Shown: positions 1 to 12,655 of the stretch, one piece after another
Position numbering within the stretch: position 1 is the first letter of the stretch
Layout: the number at the start of each line of letters is the position of its first letter
NCBI RefSeq assembly: GCF_023266035.1
Contig: NZ_JAHFRY010000005.1
Coordinates: forward strand, 249-64,248
Direction: 5' to 3'
DNA length: 64,000 nucleotides
DNA from: Nevskia sp.
Lineage (GTDB): Bacteria > Pseudomonadota > Gammaproteobacteria > Nevskiales > Nevskiaceae
Translations under genes and position numbers: made by a program
The notes under the pieces: model-generated
The model's database searches: none
What the model saw: only the letters and a program-made list of their open reading frames with translations
Told to the model about the DNA's origin: nothing

Positions 1-1557
1 GGTGAACGCGATCGGCATGACGTTCATGATCTTGGCCTGCATCGGGTCCATGGTCGCCGACTGGCCGGACATGCGCTGCTGCAGCCACATCGAGGCGCCG
101 TAGAGCACCGGCATGATGTACAGCGGATCAGCCGCCGACAGGTCCTGCAGCCAGAGCATGAACGGCGCCTGGCGCAGCTCCACGCTTTCGACCAGCACCC
201 AGTACAGCGAGAAGAACACCGGCATCTGCACCAGGATCGGCCAGCAACCGGCGAGCGGGTTGAAGCCTTCCTTCTTGTACAGATCCATCATCGCCTTGCT
301 GAGCTTTTCGCGGTCATCCGCGTAGCGCTCCTTCAGTTCGGCGATGCGCGGCGTGAACTTCTTCATCTTCGCCATCGACTTGTACTGCGCAGCCGTCAGC
401 GGATAGAAGATCAGCTTGACCAGCAACGTCAGCAGGATGATCGACCAGCCCCAGTTGCCGACCAGGCCGTGGAAGAAGTTCATCGTCCAGAACAGCGGCT
501 TGGCGATCGGCGTGAGGATGCCGTAGTCCTCGGTCAGCGCCAGGCCCTTGGCGACGTCGTCAAGCGCACCCTGGGATTTCGGGCCGATGTACAGGCCCGT
601 GGTGTAGCTGGCGTCGGCACCATCGGCGACCGGCTTGGTTGCACCGAGATACTGGCTCAGATAGTTGCCGCCGCCGGCCGGCTTGCCGGACATGGTCAGC
701 GCTTCGTCGGCCGGCGGAATGATCGCGGCGATGAAGTAGTGCTGGATCATCGCCAGCCAGCCACCAGTCTGCTTCGACTCGTAAGGCTTGTCGTCGAGCG
801 CGCCGAGCTTGATCTTCTTGAAGCGGTATTCGGCAGTGCCCGGCTTCTGCTCGTAAACGCCCATGCCGAGGAAGGTGACGATGAACTTCTGCGCCTTCTC
901 CGCCGACACCGGGTTGCGCAGCCAGCGCGCGTACGGGCTGACGTTCAGCGCGGTGCCAGTCCTGTTCGAGATCGTCTGGATCAGTTCGGCCTGGTAGCTG
1001 CCGCGCTTGAAGCGGTAGGTCTTGGTCAGCGTGTAGCCGCTGGCGTCGACGTACTCGAACGGCACGTCGACGCTGTCGACACCGGCCGCCATCTCGTAGC
1101 TCGTCTGCGCAGTCGTGAATACCGTGCTGCCGCTGGCCAGCGGCTTTTCGACGGCAGCCAGACCGCTCTGCAAGGTGAACACGACACCGTCGCGATCATT
1201 CAGCAGCGGCAGCTTGACCTCGGGATTCTTCTTGTCGAGCGCGAACGCCTTCAGCTCGACTCGGCGCAGTTCGGCACCCGCAGTCGCGAACTCGGCATCG
1301 ATCAGATCGGTCTTGACCTTGATCGTCTGCGACGAAAGCGCAGGTGCGGCGGCGGCCACGGTCGGTGCGGCGCCGGAAGCGTCCGTCGATGCAGCCGAAG
1401 GCACCGGCGGTGCGGTCGGATCGGCCGGAACCGCGGCTGCAGCTGCGCTGACCGAAGTCGGCGCTGCAACGGAGGGGTGATCGGTGATCCAGGCGGTGTA
1501 GATCAGATACAGGATCACGCCCAGCACCGCGATCAGTGCCATGCGGCGAGTTTCCAT
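1..1557 (-). CDS. yidC: Membrane protein insertase YidC (C-terminus cut by window edge)
   Basis: Manual minus-strand translation from ATG at 1557-1555 gives METRRMALIAVLGVILYLIYTAWI. At the window edge the same frame reads YIMPVLYGASMWLQQRMSGQSATMDPMQAKIMNVMPIAFT, the conserved YidC core. It is missing from the ORF track only because no stop lies inside the window. Synteny yidC-yidD-rnpA-rpmH. Confidence 0.9.
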   Translation of the reverse strand, partial: METRRMALIAVLGVILYLIYTAWITDHPSVAAPTSVSAAAAAVPADPTAPPVPSAASTDASGAAPTVAAAAPALSSQTIKVKTDLIDAEFATAGAELRRVELKAFALDKKNPEVKLPLLNDRDGVVFTLQSGLAAVEKPLASGSTVFTTAQTSYEMAAGVDSVDVPFEYVDASGYTLTKTYRFKRGSYQAELIQTISNRTGTALNVSPYARWLRNPVSAEKAQKFIVTFLGMGVYEQKPGTAEYRFKKIKLGALDDKPYESKQTGGWLAMIQHYFIAAIIPPADEALTMSGKPAGGGNYLSQYLGATKPVADGADASYTTGLYIGPKSQGALDDVAKGLALTEDYGILTPIAKPLFWTMNFFHGLVGNWGWSIILLTLLVKLIFYPLTAAQYKSMAKMKKFTPRIAELKERYADDREKLSKAMMDLYKKEGFNPLAGCWPILVQMPVFFSLYWVLVESVELRQAPFMLWLQDLSAADPLYIMPVLYGASMWLQQRMSGQSATMDPMQAKIMNVMPIAFT

Positions 1558-1561
1558 GGGT

Positions 1562-1777
1562 CTAGCGCTCCGGAACAGGGTCGAAGCCGCCAGCATTCAA
1601 TGGATGGCAGCGGCAAATACGGGTAAGGGCGAGCCAGCTGCCGCGCGCGGCACCGAAGCGTTCGATCGCTTCGACCGCGTAGTGCGAGCAGCTGGGATGA
1701 AAACGACAGCGCGGCCCGAGCAAGGGGCTCAGGGTGCGCTGGTAGGCGCGGATGGGGCCGACGAGGAACGCGCGCAT
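1562..1777 (-). CDS. yidD: Membrane protein insertion efficiency factor YidD
   Basis: 71 aa with the [16 protein letters not shown] and [13 protein letters not shown] signature of YidD/DUF37. Located between rnpA and yidC. Confidence 0.9.
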   Translation of the reverse strand: MRAFLVGPIRAYQRTLSPLLGPRCRFHPSCSHYAVEAIERFGAARGSWLALTRICRCHPLNAGGFDPVPER

Positions 1778-2124
1778 CGTTCGATCACTTGAGTCCAGAG
1801 GTCGGCAAGCAGCGACCGCAGCGCGGTGTTGCTCAGATCGGCAAGGCCTGGCTGGGCGAAAAACACCAGATCGACCATCGGTAGCCGAGCGCGATTGTGC
1901 CGGAAATCCTCGCGTATGAGGCGCTTGATCCGATTGCGATCGTGTGACGCTGCCACCGCTTTCTTGGCGATCGCCAGCCCGAGTCGGGCCTGCGGTGTAC
2001 CGTTCGGCCTGTAGCTGAGGCCTATGGGCGCGCGTCGGAGCTTGCGTCCTTCCGCGAAAACCAGCTTGAACTCGGCTGGTTTGTGCAGCCGGACCGACGG
2101 CGGAAAGCTCGCCGGACCCAGCAC
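1729..2124 (-). CDS. rnpA: Ribonuclease P protein component
   Basis: 131-aa basic protein with [12 protein letters not shown] and NRIKRLIRE motifs. Sits immediately downstream of rpmH and overlaps the yidD start. Confidence 0.85.
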   Translation of the reverse strand: MLGPASFPPSVRLHKPAEFKLVFAEGRKLRRAPIGLSYRPNGTPQARLGLAIAKKAVAASHDRNRIKRLIREDFRHNRARLPMVDLVFFAQPGLADLSNTALRSLLADLWTQVIERCARSSSAPSAPTSAP

Positions 2125-2148
2125 CAGACCTGTCGAGACGATGCTGCT

Positions 2149-2286
2149 TTACGGAATGAGACGCGCGCGGCCCTTGGCACGACGGCGTGCAAGCACTGCG
2201 CGTCCACCGACCGTTTCCATGCGGGCACGGAAGCCGTGGGTGCGCTTGCGGCTCAGGGTGTGCGGCTGGAAAGTGCGTTTGCTCAT
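2149..2286 (-). CDS. rpmH: 50S ribosomal protein L34
   Basis: Below the ORF-track size cutoff. Manual translation gives [45 protein letters not shown], a textbook L34 sequence. Stop complement TTA at 2149-2151. Confidence 0.95.
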   Translation of the reverse strand: MSKRTFQPHTLSRKRTHGFRARMETVGGRAVLARRRAKGRARLIP

Positions 2287-2395
2287 GACGGTCTACTCGA
2301 TAGCGGGCCGCGATTCTAGCCGCTGACGACCCGAATCTTCAAGCGCAGCCGATGCCGTCCGGCAGGCCGACCATTCCAGACCCCTGGGCGGTGCC

Positions 2396-2404
2396 TGTGG
2401 ATAA
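2396..2404 (-). promoter_or_regulatory. Perfect DnaA box (TTATCCACA on minus strand) in the rpmH-dnaA spacer
   Basis: The plus strand reads tgtggataa, the reverse complement of consensus TTATCCACA. It lies 113 nt upstream of the dnaA ATG, the usual place for dnaA autoregulation. Confidence 0.6.
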
Positions 2405-2516
2405 GCACGGCGGGCAGGCTATAGACTGGCCCTCCAACGCGATCCCGGCTCCCGGCCGGCATCCGATCGCGATCGGGCCCTCCGTCGTCATTCTTCGCCT
2501 TCCTCGTTTTCGCCCG

Positions 2517-3851
2517 ATGCTGAATCAAGACCTGTGGGACCGCTGCATTGCCCGGCTCGAAGCCGATCTTCCCGAAAAGGAGATCAGCACCTGGATCCGG
2601 CCATTGCGCGTGGTGATGTCCGAAGACCAGATGACCTTGCTGGCGCCGAATCGCATCGTCATGGATCGGGTCAAGAGCGATTATCTCGGCCGCATCCAGC
2701 GCACCATGTCGAGCCTCGCGGCTTACGACGTGGTGGTCAACATCGCCGTTGGCGGTGTCAACAACGCCGAGCCGGTTCGCAATGCCAGCACCGGCGGTAA
2801 CGCGACCGCCGTCGACGACAGCATGCCGTACGGCCGCGGCAAGCTGGACCCGCGCTACACGCTGTCCTCGTTCATCGAAGGCAAATCGAATTCCCAGGCA
2901 CGTGCTGCCGGCCTGCAGGTCGCCTCCGCACCCGGTGGCATCTACAACCCCTTGCTGATCTACGGCGAATCAGGCCTCGGCAAGACCCATCTGATGCACG
3001 GCATCGGCAACGCGATCCTTGCCGACAAGGCCAACGCTCGCATCGTTTACGTCGGCGCGGAGCAGTGGTTCAACCAGATGGTGTCGGCGATCCGCTACGG
3101 TCGGCAGGTCGAGTTCAAGAACTTTTATCGCACGGTCGACGCGCTGCTGATCGACGACATCCACTTCCTGGCCGGAAAAGAGCATTCTCAGGAAGAATTC
3201 TTCCATACTTTCAATGCCTTGATCGATGGCCGCAAGCAGATCGTGCTGACTTGCGATCGTTATCCGCGCGAGCTCGATGCGCTCGACGATCGCCTCAAGT
3301 CGCGTTTCACCTGGGGTTTGTCGGTACCGATCGAGCCACCCGAGTTCGAAACCCGCATCGCCATCCTGCTGGCCAAGGCTGATGTGCTCGGCGTGCGGCT
3401 GCCAGAAGATGTTGCCGTGCTGGTCGCCCAGCGCATTCGCTCCAATGTTCGCGAGCTGGAAGGTGCCTTGCACCGTTTGAACGCCTCGGCACGGCTGACC
3501 GGCGCGCCGATCACCACAGAATTCGCCCGAGTCACCCTGAAGGACATGCTGGCGTCCTATGACCGGGCGGTGACCTTGGAGAACATAAAGCGCACCGTCG
3601 CGGCCTACTACAACATCCGTCTGACCGATCTGAACTCGGTGCGCCGGACCCGCACCCTGGCGCGTCCGCGTCAGGTGGCGATGGCGCTATCCAAGGAACT
3701 GACCCGACACAGCTATCCAGAAATTGGTTCGGCTTTCGGCAAGGACCACACCACCGTGCTGCACGCGGTTCGCAAGATCGCCGAGCTGTGCCAGGAAGAC
3801 GATCGGCTCAAGGAAGACTACGAAAATCTGCTTCGTCAGCTGACCAACTGA
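2517..3851 (+). CDS. dnaA: Chromosomal replication initiator DnaA
   Basis: 444 aa from ATG 2517 (MLNQDLWDRCIARLE). Walker A GESGLGKTHL, the IDDIHFLAGKE box and a C-terminal DnaA-box-binding helix (KDHTTVLHAVRKI). The 2352 start in the ORF track adds a non-conserved 55-aa extension. Confidence 0.95.
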   Translation: MLNQDLWDRCIARLEADLPEKEISTWIRPLRVVMSEDQMTLLAPNRIVMDRVKSDYLGRIQRTMSSLAAYDVVVNIAVGGVNNAEPVRNASTGGNATAVDDSMPYGRGKLDPRYTLSSFIEGKSNSQARAAGLQVASAPGGIYNPLLIYGESGLGKTHLMHGIGNAILADKANARIVYVGAEQWFNQMVSAIRYGRQVEFKNFYRTVDALLIDDIHFLAGKEHSQEEFFHTFNALIDGRKQIVLTCDRYPRELDALDDRLKSRFTWGLSVPIEPPEFETRIAILLAKADVLGVRLPEDVAVLVAQRIRSNVRELEGALHRLNASARLTGAPITTEFARVTLKDMLASYDRAVTLENIKRTVAAYYNIRLTDLNSVRRTRTLARPRQVAMALSKELTRHSYPEIGSAFGKDHTTVLHAVRKIAELCQEDDRLKEDYENLLRQLTN

Positions 3852-3900
3852 AACCTCGTCAAGACGCTGCAAAAATGGTGGAAAGGACGGTAGAACAAGC

Positions 3901-4111
3901 TGTGTATAATCGTTTCACCGCCTCGGGACGGCTTTTTATCCACAGGTTTATCCCGGTATTTCGACAGCCTTCTGGGGTGTCCAATGCCACCAGGATTGCT
4001 TGGATAAAACCTTGATAAGAAAGCGATTACAGCTTTTATCCCCAGTTTCGGTGCCAGACTACTAAAACTGATCTTTTAAGATTTAAAACCATTTATTCAA
4101 TTGGTCTGCTC
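3901..4111. other. Candidate oriC: DnaA-box cluster plus AT-rich unwinding tract in the dnaA-dnaN spacer
   Basis: Four box matches: TTATACACA (3901-3909, minus), perfect TTATCCACA (3936-3944, plus), TTATCCAAG (3999-4007, minus) and TTATCCCCA (4036-4044, plus). They are followed by an AT-rich tract at about 4058-4104 containing GATCTTTTAAGAT (4070-4082). A perfect TATAAT lies at 3905-3910. Confidence 0.6.
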
Positions 4112-5212
4112 ATGAACATCCAGATTTCTCGCGGTGAGCTGCTGTCGGCGCTGCAGTCGGTCATTGGTGTGGTCGAACGCAGGCAGTCACTGCCGATCCT
4201 CGGAAATCTGCTGCTGGAGGCCAAGGACGATCGTCTGAGCCTGACGGGCACCGATCTGGAACTGCAGGTCGAACGGATGGTTCGTGTGCAGAACCTGGCA
4301 CCGGGCCGCATCACCGCCCCTGCTCGCAAGCTGCATGACATCTGCCGCGGCTTGCCGGAAGGCGCGATGCTCAGCCTCGAATATGCGGACAACAAGCTGA
4401 CCCTGAAATCCGGCCGCAGCCGCTTCGCACTCGCCACCTTGCCGGCCGAAGAGTTTCCGGTTTTCTCGACGGATCCGACCGACGTTCAGCTGGAATTGAG
4501 CAACCGCGAACTCAAGGACCTGCTAGCCCGCACGCAGTTCGCGATGGCGCAGCAGGACGTTCGCTACTACCTGAACGGCTTGCTGCTGGAGATTCGTCCG
4601 GGCCGCTTGCGCACCGTGGCGACCGATGGTCATCGTTTGGCGATGGCTGAATTGAATCGCGAATTGAGTGCGAAGAAAGACACTCAGGTGATCCTGCCGC
4701 GCAAGACGGTCATTGAGCTGCAGCGTCTGCTCGACGTCAGCGATGCGCCAGTCAAGCTATCGCTGACCAGCAACCAGATCCAGGTTGATCTCGAAGACCT
4801 GCGCCTGACCTCGAAACTGATCGAAGGTCGCTTCCCCGATTACGAGCGCGTGATTCCGGAAGACTCGGACAAGATCATCAAGTGCGGTCGCCTGAAAGTG
4901 CGTGCGGCACTCGCACGTGCGGCGATCCTGTCGAACGAGAAGTTTCGCGGCGTGCGCTTGACGCTCGAAGCCGACATGCTGCGCATTCAGACCCAGAACC
5001 CGGAGCAGGAAGAAGCCGAGGAAGAAGTCGAGATCGAATACAACGGTGCGCCGTTGGAGATCGGTTTCAACGTCAGCTATCTGCTCGATGCGCTGGACGC
5101 GATCGAAGGTGAAGAGTTCATCTTCAAACTGCGCAGCCCGGATGCCAGCGGCTTGATCCATGACGCGGCACAAGCCAGCGGCAAGTTCGTCGTCATGCCG
5201 ATGCGGCTCTGA
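4112..5212 (+). CDS. dnaN: DNA polymerase III beta sliding clamp
   Basis: 366 aa. N-terminus MNIQISRGELLSALQSV, C-terminus VVMPMRL. Conserved dnaA-dnaN-recF order. Confidence 0.97.
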   Translation: MNIQISRGELLSALQSVIGVVERRQSLPILGNLLLEAKDDRLSLTGTDLELQVERMVRVQNLAPGRITAPARKLHDICRGLPEGAMLSLEYADNKLTLKSGRSRFALATLPAEEFPVFSTDPTDVQLELSNRELKDLLARTQFAMAQQDVRYYLNGLLLEIRPGRLRTVATDGHRLAMAELNRELSAKKDTQVILPRKTVIELQRLLDVSDAPVKLSLTSNQIQVDLEDLRLTSKLIEGRFPDYERVIPEDSDKIIKCGRLKVRAALARAAILSNEKFRGVRLTLEADMLRIQTQNPEQEEAEEEVEIEYNGAPLEIGFNVSYLLDALDAIEGEEFIFKLRSPDASGLIHDAAQASGKFVVMPMRL

Positions 5213-5242
5213 TCGCCGTATTGATCGGCGACTCATGAAGCG

Positions 5243-8739
<3,497 letters not shown>

Positions 8740-8761
8740 GGCTGGCGATCACCGAGCCACT

Positions 8762-8790
8762 TTGAACAGCGGGCTGACCCCGCTATTCAA
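8762..8790 (+). terminator. Hairpin downstream of gyrB (12-bp stem, one mismatch, no clear U-run)
   Basis: ttgaacagcggg (8762-8773) pairs with cccgctattcaa (8779-8790) around the loop ctgac. It starts 23 nt after the gyrB stop. Confidence 0.45.
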
Positions 8791-8862
8791 ATCGGTTCCG
8801 GCTCCTTAGAGTCGTGACGCAAGCAGTCCAAGAACTGCTGACCGACATGACGCTGTGAGGAG

Positions 8863-10716
8863 ATGGGAATGACGCATTCGAAAGGCGCGAGCCAGGCTTC
8901 GCGCCTGTTTGCCGGTATTGCACTGGCATTGATCGCGGCAGCGCCTCAAGCTCAGGAACCTGCCGCGCCAGTCGACAGCAACTGGCTGAGCTACAACGGC
9001 ACGGCGGATGGTCAACGCTATGCCTTGCCGGCGCAGATCACCCCGGCCAATGCCGGCCTGCTGGCCGAGCACTGCAGGATCAAGCTCGATGACACCGGCT
9101 CGTTTCACACCGGCCTTGTCCAGCTCGATGGCGTGCTGTACCTGACTACGGCGCAGGACACCATCGCGCTCGATGCCAGCAACTGCACGCAGCGCTGGCG
9201 TCATCACTACAAGCCCGAGCAACCGGAGGTCTTCCCGGTCAATCGCGGCGTCGCCTACGCGAACGGCAAGCTGTTTCGCGGCACGCCGGACGGCCGCCTG
9301 CTGGCGATTGATGCAGCGACCGGCAAGACCCTCTGGCAGCAGCAGGTCGGCGATCCCTTGCAGGGCGAGTTCTTCAGCGCTGCGCCGATCGTCTGGCAGG
9401 GCCTGCTGATCATCGGCAGTGCCGGCAGCGACTGGGGCGTCAGAGGCCGGATCATGGCCTATGACCAGGCCAACGGCCGCGAGGCCTGGCGCTTCAACAC
9501 CATTCCGCGTGGCAAAGAACCGGGTGCGGAGACTTGGCACGAGCGCGGCACTGCCCGCTACGGTGGCGGCGGTTCGTGGACCCATTACTCGATCGACATG
9601 TCGACTGGCGAAGTGTTCGTGCCGGTCGGCAATCCGGCGCCGGACATCCTGCCGGGTCATCGCCCAGGCGCCAATCTGTACACCGACAGCATGCTGGTGC
9701 TCGATGCCCGCACCGGCGCGCTGAAGTGGTATCACCAGATCGTTTCGAACGATGGCCACGACCTCGATCTCGGCGCCGCGCCAATGCTCTACCACGACAG
9801 CAGCGGCCACCCGATTGCCGCGATCGGTTCGAAGAACGGCCATCTGTATGGCGTCAATCGTGAAACCCAGAAGCGCGTCTTCGATACGCCGATCGCCCGC
9901 ATCGAGAACGAAGGTGTGCAGGCGACGACAGCCGGCCTGCGCACCTGTCCGGGCGTGCTCGGCGGCGTCGAATGGAACGGCCCGGCCTTCGATGCCAAGA
10001 ACAAGGCGATCGTCGTCGGCGTTGTCGACTGGTGCTCGACGATCACGCCGAAGCCGCAGAAGGATTTCATCCCCGGCCAGTTCATGCTCGGCGGCACCTG
10101 GAAGATGGACGACGAGTCCTACGGCTGGGTGCATTCGGTGGATCCGGACAACGGCAAGATCCGCTGGAGCTACAAGGCCGATGGCCCGGTCGTCGCCGGC
10201 GTCACGCCGACCGCGGGCGGCGTGGTTTTCAGCGGCGACATGGCCGGCAACTTCTTCGCGCTCGACAGCGCCAACGGCCAGGTTCTGTACAAGACCGCCA
10301 CCGGCGGCGCCGTCGCCGGTGGCGTGATCAGCTACGCGCTGGGAGGTACCCAGTACGTGGCCGCGACCTCGGGCAATGTTTCGCGCGCAACCTTCGGCGG
10401 CAGCGGCGTGCCGACGCTGATCCTCTACAAGCTCGGCGGCAAGGGCGAAGGCCGGCTGGTGTCCAATGCATCGCCTGCGGACAGCACCAGCACGGCGTCT
10501 GGAAGCTCGATCTACAGCAAGGTCTGCTCCGCATGCCATGGCAGTGGTGGCGAAGGCGGCGTCGGCCCTTCGCTGAAGGGTTTGTCCAAGCGCCAGAACC
10601 TGAACAAGACCATCGAATGGATCAAGCAGCCATCGAACAAGATGCCGAAGCTGTATCCGTCGCCGCTCGATGAAACGTCAGTGAAAGCCGTCGCCGCGCA
10701 CGTGCAGACGTTCTGA
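8863..10716 (+). CDS. PQQ-dependent dehydrogenase with C-terminal cytochrome c domain (quinohemoprotein-type)
   Basis: 617 aa with a signal peptide (LFAGIALALIAAAPQAQE). Repeated propeller motifs of the type AIDAATGKTLWQ, LDARTGALKWY and ALDSANGQVLY. C-terminal CSACHG heme-c site plus a distal MPKL Met ligand region. Confidence 0.8.
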   Translation: MGMTHSKGASQASRLFAGIALALIAAAPQAQEPAAPVDSNWLSYNGTADGQRYALPAQITPANAGLLAEHCRIKLDDTGSFHTGLVQLDGVLYLTTAQDTIALDASNCTQRWRHHYKPEQPEVFPVNRGVAYANGKLFRGTPDGRLLAIDAATGKTLWQQQVGDPLQGEFFSAAPIVWQGLLIIGSAGSDWGVRGRIMAYDQANGREAWRFNTIPRGKEPGAETWHERGTARYGGGGSWTHYSIDMSTGEVFVPVGNPAPDILPGHRPGANLYTDSMLVLDARTGALKWYHQIVSNDGHDLDLGAAPMLYHDSSGHPIAAIGSKNGHLYGVNRETQKRVFDTPIARIENEGVQATTAGLRTCPGVLGGVEWNGPAFDAKNKAIVVGVVDWCSTITPKPQKDFIPGQFMLGGTWKMDDESYGWVHSVDPDNGKIRWSYKADGPVVAGVTPTAGGVVFSGDMAGNFFALDSANGQVLYKTATGGAVAGGVISYALGGTQYVAATSGNVSRATFGGSGVPTLILYKLGGKGEGRLVSNASPADSTSTASGSSIYSKVCSACHGSGGEGGVGPSLKGLSKRQNLNKTIEWIKQPSNKMPKLYPSPLDETSVKAVAAHVQTF

Positions 10717-10782
10717 ACCAGCGAGCATTGATACCGCAGCCGAACTGCGGGACATTCACGCTCGCATTTTCCGGAGGCGCGC

Positions 10783-11532
10783 ATGAAAACGCTGGCGATC
10801 TACAACGTCAAAGGCGGCGTCGGCAAGACGGCCGCTGCGGTCAATCTGGCTTATCTCGCTGCCGAGTCCGGCCTGCACACCCTGCTCTGGGATCTCGATC
10901 CCCAGGGTGCTGCCACCTGGTACCTGCATGGCGATGGCGCCAAGGCGCCTGACAAGGCGATCTGGCGCGGTACTGCGCCGATCGGCAAGCGCATCGTCGA
11001 GACCCCGCATCACGAGCTTCTGCATCTGATTCCGGCCGATCTCGAAGCGCGTCACCTTGATGTCTGGCTGCGCAAGGACAACAACAGTCACGACACGCTG
11101 AAGAACCTGATCGAGCCGCTGTCCGAGCAGTACTCGCTGCTGGTGCTCGATTGCCCGCCGAGCCTGTCGCACGTGGCCGACAACATCTTCGCCGCCGTCG
11201 ATCGCATCCTGGTGCCGACCGTGCCGACGCATCTGTCCTTGCGCGCGCTGATGACCTTGATCGACTACTTCAAGGCCAACGAACTGCCGCGTACACGGCT
11301 GCGGCCGTTCTGGTCGATGGCCGATCGTCGTCGCCTGCTGCACAAGGGCTTGATCGAGCAGCCCCCGAAGGCGATGAAGGACGTCTGTCAGGCGGTGATT
11401 CCCTACGCCTCGTCGATCGAACGCATGGGCGAAACGCGGGCGCCTGTGGTGATCAGCGAGCCTTCGAGCGACGCGTCCGAGTGCTACCGGGCGCTATGGG
11501 CCGAGAACGCGAACTACCTGCGGCGAGGCTAA
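10783..11532 (+). CDS. ParA/MinD-family ATPase (orphan, no adjacent parB)
   Basis: 249 aa. Deviant Walker A in MKTLAIYNVKGGVGKTAAAVNLA, DLDPQG, and LVLDCPPS Walker B. Confidence 0.85.
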   Translation: MKTLAIYNVKGGVGKTAAAVNLAYLAAESGLHTLLWDLDPQGAATWYLHGDGAKAPDKAIWRGTAPIGKRIVETPHHELLHLIPADLEARHLDVWLRKDNNSHDTLKNLIEPLSEQYSLLVLDCPPSLSHVADNIFAAVDRILVPTVPTHLSLRALMTLIDYFKANELPRTRLRPFWSMADRRRLLHKGLIEQPPKAMKDVCQAVIPYASSIERMGETRAPVVISEPSSDASECYRALWAENANYLRRG

Positions 11533-11552
11533 TCTTCCGATCGGCCGCGCCA

Positions 11553-12521
11553 TTAGCGGCCGCTTGGCCGCACCAGCACTCGCGCCGGTTCGCCGCGCAG
11601 CGCCAGCAACACCTCTTCGACGGTTCGCTCGCGCAGTTCCTGGATCGCGTCCGGGCTGGAGAACGCGATGTGCGGTGTCGCGATCACCCTTGGATGCGCG
11701 GTGATGGTGGCCGGCGGATTCGGCTCGCCGGCGATCACATCGAGTGCCGCGGTATCGAGCTGACCGGAATCGAGGGCATCGAGGATCGCCGCGTTGTCGA
11801 CCAGCCCGCCGCGGCTGACGTTGATGAACAGCGCGCCGCGCTTCATCTGCGCGAAACGATCGGCATTGAACAGGTTCGCGGTGACAGGTGACAGCGGCAA
11901 CAGCGCGATCACGACATCTGCCTGCGGCAACAGCTGGTCTAGCGTCATCCACTCGACCTGGGCGGCGTCATCGCCAGCCGGCGGGGTGCGACCGCAGGCG
12001 ATCACCCGCAGGCCCCACCCCGACAGCTTGCGGGCCACCAGCTTGCCGGCGCGACCGTAGCCGACGAGGCCGACCGTCAGCCCGCGTGTGCGCTTCAGGC
12101 GGGCCTGTGAGGGATCCCAGACGCCGCGCTTGACCTCGCGGTCCCACTGGACGATTCCGCGCGACCAGGCCAGCAGCATGGCCACCGCGTGGTCGGACAC
12201 TTCCTCGACGCAGTAGTCGGGCACGTTGGTGACCCGGGCGCCGGCGGCCCAGGCCGCGTCGAGCGCGATGTTGTCGAGGCCGACGCCATAGCGGGCGACG
12301 ATCGCCAGATCGCGGCAATGGCCGATCGCGGTGGCGGAGACTTCGGCCCAGCAGGTCATGATCGCCTGCGGTCGTTCGCGTTCGGCGATCGCTTCGATTT
12401 CGCGGCCTGGCAAGGCGGCGGAACGCCCCGAGACCAGTCGATGGCCGGCGGCTTCGAATCGTTCGCGCTCGAAATCGAGATCGGGCCATGGATGATCGGT
12501 GATGAAGATGGTCTTTTTCAC
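11553..12521 (-). CDS. D-isomer-specific 2-hydroxyacid dehydrogenase family protein
   Basis: 322 aa. NAD-binding GLVGYGRAGKLV, NVSRGGLVD, and PHIAFSS with the catalytic His region. Confidence 0.85.
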   Translation of the reverse strand: MKKTIFITDHPWPDLDFERERFEAAGHRLVSGRSAALPGREIEAIAERERPQAIMTCWAEVSATAIGHCRDLAIVARYGVGLDNIALDAAWAAGARVTNVPDYCVEEVSDHAVAMLLAWSRGIVQWDREVKRGVWDPSQARLKRTRGLTVGLVGYGRAGKLVARKLSGWGLRVIACGRTPPAGDDAAQVEWMTLDQLLPQADVVIALLPLSPVTANLFNADRFAQMKRGALFINVSRGGLVDNAAILDALDSGQLDTAALDVIAGEPNPPATITAHPRVIATPHIAFSSPDAIQELRERTVEEVLLALRGEPARVLVRPSGR

Positions 12522-12655
12522 GGCGGCGAACGTAGCAGATCAATGCTGACGCTACGGGCGCGGGCAAACCCTAGGGCTTTGATTAGAAGCCTGACGAGCC
12601 ATCGCACTCGGCTAGGCTCCTGGTCATAACGACACGCCAAACCGGAGGAGACCGC

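Noticed and set aside
2352-2516. N-terminal extensions suggested by the ORF track: dnaA from 2352, lysA as a 616-aa ORF to 25043, ttcA to 33403, dtd to 34034, lpxL-family gene from 33880, GldG-like from 36461, cytochrome c4 to 19188, folE from 55882, cobB from 61079, lipoprotein to 61160.
   Set aside because: The extensions are not conserved-looking and often overlap neighbouring genes. Internal starts reproduce the canonical N-termini (for example MDSFEYRDG for LysA, MIGLLQRV for Dtd) and are frequently preceded by Shine-Dalgarno sequences.
12522-12655. Possible riboswitch or leader upstream of the MetX-like gene.
   Set aside because: Only short, weak hairpins are present. I could not match any SAM or other riboswitch core, and the gene is not a canonical metX.
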